IMG/VR virus record: IMGVR_UViG_3300037010_001227 | Location: 1 to 64,000 of that record | Reading direction: 5' to 3' (one strand) | DNA length: 64,000 nt | Part shown: positions 16,806 through 26,927 of the stretch, in pieces | Layout of the letters: every line of letters starts with the position of its first letter | Position numbering within the stretch: position 1 is the first letter of the stretch | Position numbers and translations under genes: made by a program | Notes under the pieces: model-generated | What the model was told of the DNA's origin: nothing | What the model saw: only the letters and a program-made list of their open reading frames with translations | The model's database searches: none

Positions 16806-19490
16806 TTACTCCATTTTAAGAATATTCATCGTTACAACAATTGCTGTCGCTGTTGGATTCATATTTTGAATTGTTACATAAATATTTTTTGTTAATACTG
16901 TATCCATATTAACACAAGTAGGAACAGGGCTTAGTATCCAACTAAGATTAGATTGTGATAATACGATTTCTGCATACATCCCATGGTTACCGATAGGATC
17001 TAACGTTACTAAACGTTGCCTATCTGCTACTGCTTGACTATTAGTTCCATACAATCTAATTCTGCATGGATGACTTGCTGTAATTGACTGTAACTGGAAG
17101 GTATAACATGTTGTGTTAATAGCTCTAATTTCATCTGCTAATATATCTAATACAGAAGTTGTAATTTGTATTGGTAATCTACTTAACGTAGTAGGACCAC
17201 TTATACCACTAATATCCTGCCAATAAGAAGTTACACCATCTGTTGTTAAGACTTTACCTGAGTTACCAGAAACATTTGGTATACCAGAATAAGGAACCCA
17301 AAAAGCTGTTGTTCCATCGTTACTTAAATATTTACCACCAGACTGTCCATTTACATCTGGTAATTGATTAGGTAATGACATCCAAGAGTAGTTAGTTCCA
17401 TCAGTACCTAAAAACTTGCCTGTTTGACCAACAACAGTTGGGACTTGATAAATAGTAGTCCAATTAGGTGTTGAGCCATCAGTAATTAAAAATTGATTTG
17501 GATGCCCTGTCTGAGTTGGTAGTTCCGTTGGAGTTGTAGTCCATGTTAATGCACCACCAACAACTCCTAAAAATTGTCCATTAGAACCAATAGAAAGTCT
17601 ACCAGCAGTTCCACCAGCTAAACCAGCAATTATGTCACCGGCTGCAATCATTGGATTAGCAAAACCTGTTGGTGGAGTAGTCCAACTAACTGTACTGCCA
17701 TTAGTTGATAAATACTTTCCGCTATTCCCTGTTTGTTCTGGGAAAGAGTCTACAGTAGCCCAATAAGCAAAACTACCATCAGAGTATAAAAACTTTCCAG
17801 CGTGACCTTCTACTGGAGGAGTCAAAGATCCCTTGACCCAATACGGATTAGAACCATTAGAGGCTAAATAATAACCAGGTCCACTTATTTCAAGACGAGT
17901 AGGTGTTCCAGATGCTCCACCATAAATCAAATCTCCTTGATTTATCATAGGATTGGTTAGTACTCCAGGCAAATCTGATGCAGTGATTGTAGTCCAAGCT
18001 AATGTTCCATTTGATTGCGTTGTTAGATATTGCCCTGTAGTTCCGTGTGCTAATCTAATAGGTGAACCACCTATAGTGCCTACTATTAAGTCTCCTGTAT
18101 CAATCATTGGATTAGCAAAACCACTTGCAGGAAACTCCCAATCTACGCTGGCACCATTAACAGTTAAAACTTTGCCTGTATTACCGGCTAAACTTGGTAA
18201 AACACTAGCAATACTTGTCCATGAATATGCCGCTCCATCAGAAGACAATAATTTACCAGCAGTTTCTGCATTAACAGTTGGAACTTGGTTTAAACTATAC
18301 CAAGCCATAGCCGCTCCGGTGTTACCTAAGAATTTGCCTGCTTGACCTGTAATATCTGGAGGAGCTGTGTTTGTTATCCAAAGTGCGGTTGTTCCATTGG
18401 TAGATAAAATCTTACCGCTATCTTCAGAACCCATTGCTGGAACTTGATTAATAGTTTGCCAAGCAGCTTCTGAACCATTATTAGTTAAAAACTTACCATT
18501 ATTACCAGTTAAACCTGGGATTACGAAATCTTTCCACACTGGTAAGCCACTAGCAACAGATAAAAATTGTCCTTCTTGACCAATTGCTAATCTACCAGCA
18601 GCTCCAGCAGTTCCACCTATGATAATATCTCCATAAGTACTCATAGGATTTAACATATATGGAGGAGTTCCCCAACTTACAGATGTCCCATCAGTAGTAA
18701 GATATTTATTAGCTTGACCATCTTGTGCTGGAAATGCTGATTGCCAGTATGGAAATACCCCATTTGTGTGTAAAACTTTACCAGCTTGGTTTTCTTGGTT
18801 TGGTAAACCTTCTTCTGAAACTGGTTGCCAAGTTACACTAACACCGTCTGTTTTTAAATATTTATTAGCATTGCCAAAAACAGATGGTAATGATGGGCCT
18901 CCCCCGCCACTGGAAATAGCATTTGAAAATACAGATGAAATTATTGTTACTTTAATACTGTTCTGTCTTGGTGCAGTTATAAAAGATAGTGAAATCTCAT
19001 TTTCAGAAATAATACTTATTGTACAATTTACATTTCGTCTTGCATCTAATGTTTCCCATACGCCACAAACAATAGCATCTGTTCCTAAGTTATGAAGAAC
19101 ATTTATAACTCTTGAAAATCCATCACCAATAACAGTGGTAAAAGAAGCATTATCAATATTACCAGAAGTATCAACAAACTTCCAACTTAATGTAGTTCCA
19201 TCTGTCTGTAAAAATTTACCAGTATTACCAGTTTGATCAGGTAAAATAGAGCTTGAAACGTCATCTACTAAAGCTATTCTACCACTTTTATTAGGAAATG
19301 ACCATCGTTTATCTGAACCGGTGATTAAATCAGTAGTTATAATACCTTTAAAAGCACTCGACAAATATTTGATTTCAATATTTCCAGGGACTGAAAATGT
19401 TCCAGTTGTTCCAAATGAAAATGTTGAATTAACATTATTCTCGCTGGTCTGGATTTGATACAGACTATTTGGTTGTGCTGTTATTAACAT
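16806..19490 (-). CDS. long repetitive tail-fibre-like protein
   Basis: About 15 copies of LP.Q.G..GK.L.T.G...SW and 4 longer NPM...GD.I.G...G...RL..G..GQ.L...W units; HNLGT domain near N-terminus. Confidence 0.8.
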   Translation of the reverse strand: MLITAQPNSLYQIQTSENNVNSTFSFGTTGTFSVPGNIEIKYLSSAFKGIITTDLITGSDKRWSFPNKSGRIALVDDVSSSILPDQTGNTGKFLQTDGTTLSWKFVDTSGNIDNASFTTVIGDGFSRVINVLHNLGTDAIVCGVWETLDARRNVNCTISIISENEISLSFITAPRQNSIKVTIISSVFSNAISSGGGGPSLPSVFGNANKYLKTDGVSVTWQPVSEEGLPNQENQAGKVLHTNGVFPYWQSAFPAQDGQANKYLTTDGTSVSWGTPPYMLNPMSTYGDIIIGGTAGAAGRLAIGQEGQFLSVASGLPVWKDFVIPGLTGNNGKFLTNNGSEAAWQTINQVPAMGSEDSGKILSTNGTTALWITNTAPPDITGQAGKFLGNTGAAMAWYSLNQVPTVNAETAGKLLSSDGAAYSWTSIASVLPSLAGNTGKVLTVNGASVDWEFPASGFANPMIDTGDLIVGTIGGSPIRLAHGTTGQYLTTQSNGTLAWTTITASDLPGVLTNPMINQGDLIYGGASGTPTRLEISGPGYYLASNGSNPYWVKGSLTPPVEGHAGKFLYSDGSFAYWATVDSFPEQTGNSGKYLSTNGSTVSWTTPPTGFANPMIAAGDIIAGLAGGTAGRLSIGSNGQFLGVVGGALTWTTTPTELPTQTGHPNQFLITDGSTPNWTTIYQVPTVVGQTGKFLGTDGTNYSWMSLPNQLPDVNGQSGGKYLSNDGTTAFWVPYSGIPNVSGNSGKVLTTDGVTSYWQDISGISGPTTLSRLPIQITTSVLDILADEIRAINTTCYTFQLQSITASHPCRIRLYGTNSQAVADRQRLVTLDPIGNHGMYAEIVLSQSNLSWILSPVPTCVNMDTVLTKNIYVTIQNMNPTATAIVVTMNILKME

Positions 19491-19505
19491 TTAAAACCTT
19501 AATAA

Positions 19506-19513
19506 ACTTAATT
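19506..19513 (-). promoter_or_regulatory. candidate late promoter AATTAAGT
   Basis: Just after a terminator, 15 nt upstream of the fibre ATG at 19490. Confidence 0.55.
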
Positions 19514-19528
19514 TACCAACCACATATA

Positions 19529-19565
19529 AATAAAAACCGGAGAACCATGTTGTATTCTCCGGTTT
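19529..19565 (-). terminator. intrinsic terminator
   Basis: 11-bp stem aaaccggagaa/ttctccggttt with downstream U-tract on minus strand. Confidence 0.75.
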
Positions 19566-19583
19566 ATAGTAAAAGAACGCGTT

Positions 19584-22430
19584 TTAGTAGAACAGTAATT
19601 GTCTGAAACATTCAGAGTTTGAATGTCTATTAGTCCAAAGATACTTTAGGCCATCAATAGTAGAATAGATTTCTGTTCTATTACCAATAATAATGGTACC
19701 TGTGTTATATGGAGTTATACCAGCACCATGAATTGTATTCGTAATACAATCTAAATAATACCAACGTAATGTAGCATCTTTTTCAAAGTAAAGTCTATCA
19801 CCATAATCATACGCGTATTGAGAACCAGCTGATAAGACTTCAATCTGTGGAGTAACTGGAATTAAATTCCATTGATCTGTTGTGATATCTAATTTATCAA
19901 ATCCTAAAGCACCACCGCCGCGAGCACTAACCATATATTTGCCACGGAAAGTTTGATTGATAGTACCTAAACCAAATATCCATTTTAAAGAAATACCAGT
20001 ACCGCGAACTGGCGGTTGAAGAATTACATATGATGAAACTGATGCTACTGGAGCAGTAGCAGCACCAAAAGTTAACGTATTATTGGTATTTGATGTAATA
20101 GTTAATTCTTGAGCCTGGCCAGTGCCTCCTAATATTCTAACTTTACGTCCAGCATAAGCATTAACTACCCAGCCTGGGGTAATAGTTCCACCAGAAATTG
20201 AAGATGTTGCAGCCATCGATAAAGTATAAGTTCCTTGACCACCTAATGATCCATTTGGCATAGTAGATGTTAACTGATTAACAATGACGGCACCAGCAGG
20301 AATACTAGCATGTGTTACCGACATTCCAGGTGATAAAATACCTGATGGAGTAGTAGAAACGGTTAATACAAAACCTCCAGCATTCATAGATCCAGTAAAT
20401 GTACCAGTTTTTGTAGTATCTTGTAATGTAGTTGTAGATTGTGTACCAGTAGCAATACCATGATCTAAAGTTCCAATTGTATTTCTAGGCGTAATAACAT
20501 AACGAGAAACTCCATTAACAGGAGCGGTTCCAGTTGTTACAAACGTTAATGTATCAGCAGTATTTGAAGCAATTTGGAAAACTTGACCAGTAGCTAGTCC
20601 AGACGCGGCAGTAACAGCGGTTGTGGTCATATAACACATATAGCCAGCCCACTGATTTGATGTCCATGATTTAGTTTTGTCACATAATGTTGATGTAGAT
20701 TGAGAGCCAGCTAATGTATCTGCCGAAGGTGTTCCAGCCATTGTATATGTAAAGGTTGTAGTAGAAGGAACCGAAACAATAGTAGCAGTAGTATTAAAAT
20801 TAGCATCCGTCATACCTTTAACGGTAATTGACATACCTACTTTAAGACAATGTGGATTAACGGTTGTAATTGTTGCTGTATTAGTAGAATGTGTTGCTGA
20901 AGCGATTGCAATTGGTTTAGTTTCTCCAAATATTACGCAAGCATTTCTCGCTACACCAGAATCAGCCAATCTCCCATAAGTCGCAATATCGTCGTCATAA
21001 TTATGAATTAACGTAGCCGCCTGTCCACCTAACATTATATAGATTTTGTCGCCATCTCCTTGGAAGTTATAAACAGATGTGGAATCTGGAGTTACTAACC
21101 ATGGTTTAGCTAACGTAATAGTTGTAGCAGTATTACTTAGAATTGGCATTACCTGACCCGCGCCAGTTCCGCTTGTGATTCTAATAGCGTAATTTTTAAA
21201 TCTATTAATTGGCCAATTCTTAGTATTATCAACTAAAGTTGTAGTTGTAGCACTTGTAGCTGTTCCAGAATCAAATCCATCAATTAAATACTTTGAAGTT
21301 GCATCTGGTACTGTTCCACTAGTAGCCCACGTTAAAGTATTAGCTGTATTACTAACAATTTGTCTTAATTGACCATCACCTGTTCCTCCAAATAAACGAA
21401 CATAATAACCGGCCCATTGATTAGTATTCCAAGATTTTGTGGTATCAATTAAAGTAGTTGTAGTACCACCTGTAGCTACTCCACGTTCCCAAATAGACGA
21501 ATTTTCTGTACAAGATTCAATTGTTCCATCGGTTCCAACAGCAGATATATTTAACGTGTTAGCCGTTCTAATATACCAAGTATCTGTTGCAACATCATAA
21601 ACTTGTAATGTATAAAATGGCGTTGCAGCAGCGGAAGATGCTAAAATAACCATTCCAGATTCAATACGGAAAATAGATGTAATATCTGGATTAACAGTCC
21701 AGTTTGTATCGACTGTAACAGTTGAAGATTCAATAGAATAGATAGATTGAGATCCAGCCGTAGCAAGAATAGCTGGTGATGTAATCATTGGATTACACCA
21801 GTTATTTTGCGCAGAAATACCAGAATCGCCTAAATATAAAACAGTGGCAGAATTATAAAGAATACGTCTTACTTGACCAACGCCAGTACCAAAACTAATT
21901 CTAACTTGATATCCAGCCCATTGATTAACTGTCCAAGCTTTTGTTGTATCGGTAATTGTAATAGCGCCCAATACGTTATTAACTGCTGTTGGAACACCCG
22001 TATCCATTACAACGGGTTCAGATACATCTGTAATAATTCTGCGCTGTCCCTTTCCCGTTCCGCCGACAATACAAATATCAAAGTTCTTTAAGGCTTGTCC
22101 AGAATAAGCTGGAATATTAATAGAGTTATTAGTAGTTCCGGGAAGGCATAATCCTTCTACCCCTAACGCACCATTAAATTTCATTGCTGACCATGTTGCA
22201 GGAGCAATAGGTGGAGAAGATAACTGAAGATATGTATCAGTCCATGTGTCATATTTCCAGAAAGACGTGGCTGCGATTAGATAATATATATATCTTCCAT
22301 GTTGAGGATGGAAGTTTGAGTTGTCTGCACTACAAGAGCTTGAACTAGTTGAAGAAGACACTGGAGCAAATCTTGCCCATTCCCAAACGGGAATGTCAAC
22401 TTGTTTTCTTAGAGTATTCTGAATTGCCAT
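19584..22430 (-). CDS. receptor-binding/tail-associated protein with propeller-like ends and repeated beta modules
   Basis: Kelch-like termini (FWKYDTWTDTY..LSSPP; FDKLDITTDQW); several D.TK.W..NQWAGY.V....GTG.GQ.R.I..NTA repeats. Confidence 0.7.
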   Translation of the reverse strand: MAIQNTLRKQVDIPVWEWARFAPVSSSTSSSSCSADNSNFHPQHGRYIYYLIAATSFWKYDTWTDTYLQLSSPPIAPATWSAMKFNGALGVEGLCLPGTTNNSINIPAYSGQALKNFDICIVGGTGKGQRRIITDVSEPVVMDTGVPTAVNNVLGAITITDTTKAWTVNQWAGYQVRISFGTGVGQVRRILYNSATVLYLGDSGISAQNNWCNPMITSPAILATAGSQSIYSIESSTVTVDTNWTVNPDITSIFRIESGMVILASSAAATPFYTLQVYDVATDTWYIRTANTLNISAVGTDGTIESCTENSSIWERGVATGGTTTTLIDTTKSWNTNQWAGYYVRLFGGTGDGQLRQIVSNTANTLTWATSGTVPDATSKYLIDGFDSGTATSATTTTLVDNTKNWPINRFKNYAIRITSGTGAGQVMPILSNTATTITLAKPWLVTPDSTSVYNFQGDGDKIYIMLGGQAATLIHNYDDDIATYGRLADSGVARNACVIFGETKPIAIASATHSTNTATITTVNPHCLKVGMSITVKGMTDANFNTTATIVSVPSTTTFTYTMAGTPSADTLAGSQSTSTLCDKTKSWTSNQWAGYMCYMTTTAVTAASGLATGQVFQIASNTADTLTFVTTGTAPVNGVSRYVITPRNTIGTLDHGIATGTQSTTTLQDTTKTGTFTGSMNAGGFVLTVSTTPSGILSPGMSVTHASIPAGAVIVNQLTSTMPNGSLGGQGTYTLSMAATSSISGGTITPGWVVNAYAGRKVRILGGTGQAQELTITSNTNNTLTFGAATAPVASVSSYVILQPPVRGTGISLKWIFGLGTINQTFRGKYMVSARGGGALGFDKLDITTDQWNLIPVTPQIEVLSAGSQYAYDYGDRLYFEKDATLRWYYLDCITNTIHGAGITPYNTGTIIIGNRTEIYSTIDGLKYLWTNRHSNSECFRQLLFY

Positions 22431-23080
22431 TAAATTAACTCCTTCACTTTACTATGTCTTTTATGATGGCATATAAAACACAGAGTTATTCCATTGTCTA
22501 CAGCATATCTATATTCTGGATAATCCTTCCATTTTAATTTATGATGTGCATTTAATTTACCGCCCTTAACCTTACAATCTTGACACGTATAATCGTCTCT
22601 AATATATACGGCAGTTCTCCAATTTTTATAATCTAAAGAAAGAGTTGCATTAGAACGAACTTTATCCGAGGTATAATTTCCATTTTTATAATTCCAATGG
22701 CGTTTCCCTTCTTTTCTTAACTGTGCTGCATGTTCTTTTTTCTTTTCTGATATTTTCTTTTTTGCTTCTTCGGTATGATGATGTCCGTCAAATCTATATT
22801 GAAGATTTCTTAAATGTTCAGCTTTTTTCTTATTAGAAATTTCTTTTTCTTCAAGGGTTAAATTTTTCTTTTTTTGATTTTCTGAATTTACTTTGTTTAT
22901 ATGTTCTTTATTTTTTAAGTAATAATCTGCTTTATATCTTTTTAATTGTTCTTTATTATTAATGTAATCTCTTTGTTTACCTCTAAAACACACTTTACAT
23001 TCAGAACGATATTTTTGACTATCTTGTCTAAAATGAAATTCTTCTTTTAATTTATCTTCTTTACATATTTTACATATCAT
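22430..23080 (-). CDS. HNH homing endonuclease with zinc finger and NUMOD3
   Basis: CKIC..CKVC, HHHTEEAKKKIS, RDDYTCQDC..LNAHH..NGITLCFICH. Confidence 0.85.
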   Translation of the reverse strand: MICKICKEDKLKEEFHFRQDSQKYRSECKVCFRGKQRDYINNKEQLKRYKADYYLKNKEHINKVNSENQKKKNLTLEEKEISNKKKAEHLRNLQYRFDGHHHTEEAKKKISEKKKEHAAQLRKEGKRHWNYKNGNYTSDKVRSNATLSLDYKNWRTAVYIRDDYTCQDCKVKGGKLNAHHKLKWKDYPEYRYAVDNGITLCFICHHKRHSKVKELI

Positions 23081-23089
23081 TCCACTATC

Positions 23090-23641
23090 CTAACTAAAAT
23101 TCAAATTTCTGCGAATACCATTGCTGTACGAATTTCTAGCATTTTCTATAAATAAAAATCTGGGATCAACACCACCCATAGTTGCTAAATTGCCTAAAGG
23201 AACCGCATTTGTAATAGTATTTAATGTGGAAACAGTGGAAATAGTAGCTGAAAATGAATCTACTGAAATTCTCTGTCTTTGTGCTCCATCTTGCGTTGCT
23301 AGTGGAGCTAATAAAGTACACATTCGTTCAAGTAAAAGATGTGTATAATTATCAGTCATTTCAGCAGTTTTCTGAGCTACAGATATTGGTAAATCGACAT
23401 AAATCTGTAAAGCATCGTTAGCAGACATTGATGTAGTGTCATAAGTTAATGTTAAAATATTATTAGACACAGTTCCACCTAAAGATGCATTAGCGAAACA
23501 ATAAATCATTATTCCATCAGTTGTATTTGTAATTGTGAGAATTTGTTCTAATGTAATAGGTGATATACCTATTAAAGTAATAGTTTTAGCGGCAGGATTA
23601 AATATGTAACTACCGATATCTTTTCCAATTAACTGTTTCAT
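23090..23641 (-). CDS. hypothetical structural protein
   Basis: 183 aa; Y.FNPAAKTITL..ILTITN.T.G..IY.FA domain typical of fibre-region genes. Confidence 0.65.
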   Translation of the reverse strand: MKQLIGKDIGSYIFNPAAKTITLIGISPITLEQILTITNTTDGIMIYCFANASLGGTVSNNILTLTYDTTSMSANDALQIYVDLPISVAQKTAEMTDNYTHLLLERMCTLLAPLATQDGAQRQRISVDSFSATISTVSTLNTITNAVPLGNLATMGGVDPRFLFIENARNSYSNGIRRNLNFS

Positions 23642-23646
23642 GTTAA

Positions 23647-23844
23647 TTATCCTAAAGCGATAGCCATTGCAATTACGAAAGCCTCGTCTTGGCCACTGCC
23701 AGTTGCCGGAATTAAGCTAGAATCAAATTGTCCAGCACCATTTAATTGAGCCAACTTCCCAGACGATGCCGGGCCAGAAGATACAGTTATTGGCTGTATC
23801 TCCTGATATGATCCATCGTCGTTTAATTGTATAAGTTTTAACAT
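23647..23844 (-). CDS. small structural protein, N-terminus paralogous to 23844-24380
   Basis: LNDDGSYQEIQPI..SG...GKLAQL..G.FD.SL.P. Confidence 0.7.
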   Translation of the reverse strand: MLKLIQLNDDGSYQEIQPITVSSGPASSGKLAQLNGAGQFDSSLIPATGSGQDEAFVIAMAIALG

Positions 23845-24380
23845 TATGCTCTAACAGTAAAAGGTTGTTCAGAAAAATTAATTGTTACAGTTCCACCAAA
23901 AGCTTCAATAGTGCCAAGCACTTGAGCAATTTGTCCCGTCGACGCTGGAATAGTAAGAGTTGCAGTACCAGCGGTAGATGGAGATAAAAAGACTTTTTTA
24001 CCAACATTAGCAGCTACAAATGTTCCAACTGGAACGGAGGTATTTAAACCGCGAACATAAACTAATGCAGTTGCGCCACTATCAAAGCCAGATAATACGA
24101 AACCATTTGCAGGTTTAGTATTATCAGCAGCATTAGCTTTTCTGCAATTTCTAGTACCAGAGTTATCGTAAATATTTACGAAATCACCAGCCACAAGAAC
24201 TTCAGAAGTTAAAACAGATTGAGTATCAGCACCAATACCAGTTGGCATTAAACTCACATCAAATTTACCATTAACATCAACTTGTGCCAGTTTACCAGCA
24301 TCTCCAGCCCCGGCAGACGAAACAATAGGTTGAATTTCTTGTAAAGAACCATCTGTATTTAAAGAAAGAATTTTAGCCAT
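23844..24380 (-). CDS. structural protein with cement/decoration-like C-terminal domain
   Basis: EVLVAGDFVNI..RKANA...PANGFV..VFLS..G.A.L..P..GQI.QVLG. Confidence 0.7.
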   Translation of the reverse strand: MAKILSLNTDGSLQEIQPIVSSAGAGDAGKLAQVDVNGKFDVSLMPTGIGADTQSVLTSEVLVAGDFVNIYDNSGTRNCRKANAADNTKPANGFVLSGFDSGATALVYVRGLNTSVPVGTFVAANVGKKVFLSPSTAGTATLTIPASTGQIAQVLGTIEAFGGTVTINFSEQPFTVRA

Positions 24381-24394
24381 CTGTTATTACCCTA

Positions 24395-24805
24395 TTATAA
24401 TAATTTAATTGGAAGCTGTGGGTCAAATATAAAGTTAGAACTGTTAGGAAGACATCTACCAACTAATACTTGGTATCTTGTATTAGTCGGTCTTACTGTC
24501 GAGATTACCCCAGTTGATGTTAACCAATAGAATTTAGCTTCTGTAAAGTCAAATATTGTATGGTAAATATTGTTTCTCACACAAGCATATTGAACTATTG
24601 AATCAATACCACCAGATTCTAATGTTATACCATCAATTATAGGTATTGTTAAATCGTCTGCGGTGACTATATATGCTTTACCTAAATCACCTATTTTAAA
24701 TGCTGTGAATGTAGCCATAGGTTCTGCTAAAGTGATAAAATTATTGGCTAAATCTACCTCTTGTAAAGAAGCTCCATCTTCTGATAATACTAGTGCTTTT
24801 TTCAT
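24395..24805 (-). CDS. cement/decoration-like domain protein
   Basis: LAEPMATFTAFKI..IDGITLESG..YWLTSTGVIS.VRP..YQVLVG. Confidence 0.65.
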   Translation of the reverse strand: MKKALVLSEDGASLQEVDLANNFITLAEPMATFTAFKIGDLGKAYIVTADDLTIPIIDGITLESGGIDSIVQYACVRNNIYHTIFDFTEAKFYWLTSTGVISTVRPTNTRYQVLVGRCLPNSSNFIFDPQLPIKLL

Positions 24806-24806
24806 A

Positions 24807-26177
24807 TTAACTCAATTTAACTGGTATACTCGGATTGAATATAAATAAATCTGAATTTTCGGTACTGTGACCAACTACCAATAGATATTTGTCTCCATTT
24901 TCTGATAAGGGTCTTGTCAATGTTAATGTTCCTGTTTGTGATAAGAACAATGGTGCTGTTCTGTCGAAAATTGTCAAAGCATGATAAGAAGTTCCAGGAA
25001 TTCCAATTTTAACAGAAGCTCCTAAGACGCCTGCTTCTAAAATAATACCGTCGATTACAGGAGATACAGAACTTACTGAGTTAACCGCAAAAGCTCTTCC
25101 ATTAGTTAACTTGAAACAAGTAAATGCTGGTAAAGGTTCACCAAGTACTACAGAGTAGGAGATACCATGTGATACTAAGTTTGTTAGAACTTCTTGAACG
25201 TTATTACCCAAATTAGTATTACCTGGAGTAGTTACTGAGATTTGTGCTGCTGTATAATCACCAGCTTGAGCAGAAATGTCACCTTCTCTACCAAATACTG
25301 AAGCCACTTTGTCAATATCATTATATTCTTCAGCCAAAATAACTCCTGGTGCAGATATATTGGTTTCTTTAGCCACTTCAGATTGCTCTGCAATATTGAA
25401 TATTGAAGTAGTTCTATGAACGTAAGACTCTTCATGAAGTGGAGGAGTCATCCAACCTTTAATTGTAATTCTAATAGTTCCTCTAACTACACGTCTATCG
25501 GTTCCAGGAATAAAATTGCTTGTATCTGCAATTGAATCTAAGACCATAGGGACATAAGGAGTATAAAATAGTTTGTTAGTTTCATCTGTCATATCATATA
25601 CGTCTGTTAGATAGGACATTGGATTGAAATCATTATGAAAAGCTGTTAGTAACTGAAATAAGTGTTCTCTAAATTCTGTCCAGATATCTACTTGAATCTG
25701 ATAATCAATAGGGATAGGAGCATGTGTTACAAAGGCTTTATCAAACAACTTATTTTTAGGTTTTACTCGATATCTAACGCAAGGATTTACAGAACGTTTT
25801 TCGTCTCTTTTAGAGTCAAGAATATAGTAAGATACTAAAGGCAATACAACTCTATTTGTTAAAGATGCTTCTGAAGCTAATCCCGTAGAATTACTGGGTA
25901 AATTATCTGAAAATGCCTGCTGTGGTGATGCGTATCGAATTGGGATGTCAATAAACTCTTCTTTTGCTAAATCAAATACTTTTGATTTACTATCTCTAAG
26001 ATAGTCACCAAATTTTTTAGCGTATATTCTAAAATCACCTACATAACACTCTTCAACAGTATTAGCATAGGAATAGAGCATACTTTCTCTATCTGGAGAC
26101 ATTCTATTATCCGTTATTACAGGATAAGAATTACCAGGTCTATTCTCTTTATCTTGATAGTAAAGTTCTGTAGTCAT
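24807..26177 (-). CDS. tail terminator/sheath stabiliser (T4 gp15-like) with C-terminal cement-like extension
   Basis: IPIRYASPQ, VLPLVSY, PIPIDYQIQVDIWT..LFQL..F.P in first 260 aa; then VFGREGDISAQAGDYTAAQI and a domain resembling 24395-24805. Confidence 0.75.
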   Translation of the reverse strand: MTTELYYQDKENRPGNSYPVITDNRMSPDRESMLYSYANTVEECYVGDFRIYAKKFGDYLRDSKSKVFDLAKEEFIDIPIRYASPQQAFSDNLPSNSTGLASEASLTNRVVLPLVSYYILDSKRDEKRSVNPCVRYRVKPKNKLFDKAFVTHAPIPIDYQIQVDIWTEFREHLFQLLTAFHNDFNPMSYLTDVYDMTDETNKLFYTPYVPMVLDSIADTSNFIPGTDRRVVRGTIRITIKGWMTPPLHEESYVHRTTSIFNIAEQSEVAKETNISAPGVILAEEYNDIDKVASVFGREGDISAQAGDYTAAQISVTTPGNTNLGNNVQEVLTNLVSHGISYSVVLGEPLPAFTCFKLTNGRAFAVNSVSSVSPVIDGIILEAGVLGASVKIGIPGTSYHALTIFDRTAPLFLSQTGTLTLTRPLSENGDKYLLVVGHSTENSDLFIFNPSIPVKLS

Positions 26178-26917
26178 TAATAAGTATCTTTCATATAACT
26201 AATAAGTTGAGTTTGTATATTTTTATTTAACTTATTAAACCTACCGTCATGGGCTTTATTTTTATGACACTTTTTGCTTAAATTTGTAAGTTCACACTGC
26301 AACTCAAACGATTCTGAAACCGGTGCTATATGTAAAACTCCACCAATATGTCCACATAAATAATCAGTAAAATTATCTCGTTGTTTTATTTGTTTTTGTA
26401 TTTTACTTATATTATTTTTATTTTTATTTATAGCATTTATAGAGAACATTAAAACATCTGGATCTAATCCTTTTTTTAATCTATACACAGAGTGTTTAAT
26501 TCTCAAGCATCCACAACTATGAGTAGTACCATTTAATAAATTAGACCTGTTTACTATAGTAGTATTACCATAAGAACATGTACACTCGTATTGTTCATGA
26601 CCACATGAGGTTAATCCTACACAAGTAGTTACTAGTAAATTATCAAAAAATTTACCTATTAAAGAAGTACAAAACTTCTTACCTTTAACATTTTTATTAC
26701 CACTATTAGAGGTTCCTAATAATCTATCAGTTTCTTTTTTACAATAACCACAACTTTTAGTAATTCCACTTGTTAATTTATAGTTTTGAGTAGATTTTAT
26801 TATATTTCCACAATCGCACATATAAACACAAGCAGAACTACCACTCACTTTTTGAGTATTACCAATGGCAGTCAATTGATTATATTTTGAATTTACTGAT
26901 AAAAGTTTTATTTTCAT
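26177..26917 (-). CDS. degenerate HNH homing endonuclease
   Basis: Two C.CDCG..L.SG.T.SCGC-type repeats; HNH core eroded (RDNFTDYLC, LHIAP, NLSKKCH). Confidence 0.65.
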   Translation of the reverse strand: MKIKLLSVNSKYNQLTAIGNTQKVSGSSACVYMCDCGNIIKSTQNYKLTSGITKSCGYCKKETDRLLGTSNSGNKNVKGKKFCTSLIGKFFDNLLVTTCVGLTSCGHEQYECTCSYGNTTIVNRSNLLNGTTHSCGCLRIKHSVYRLKKGLDPDVLMFSINAINKNKNNISKIQKQIKQRDNFTDYLCGHIGGVLHIAPVSESFELQCELTNLSKKCHKNKAHDGRFNKLNKNIQTQLISYMKDTY

Positions 26918-26927
26918 GGATTTAGTT

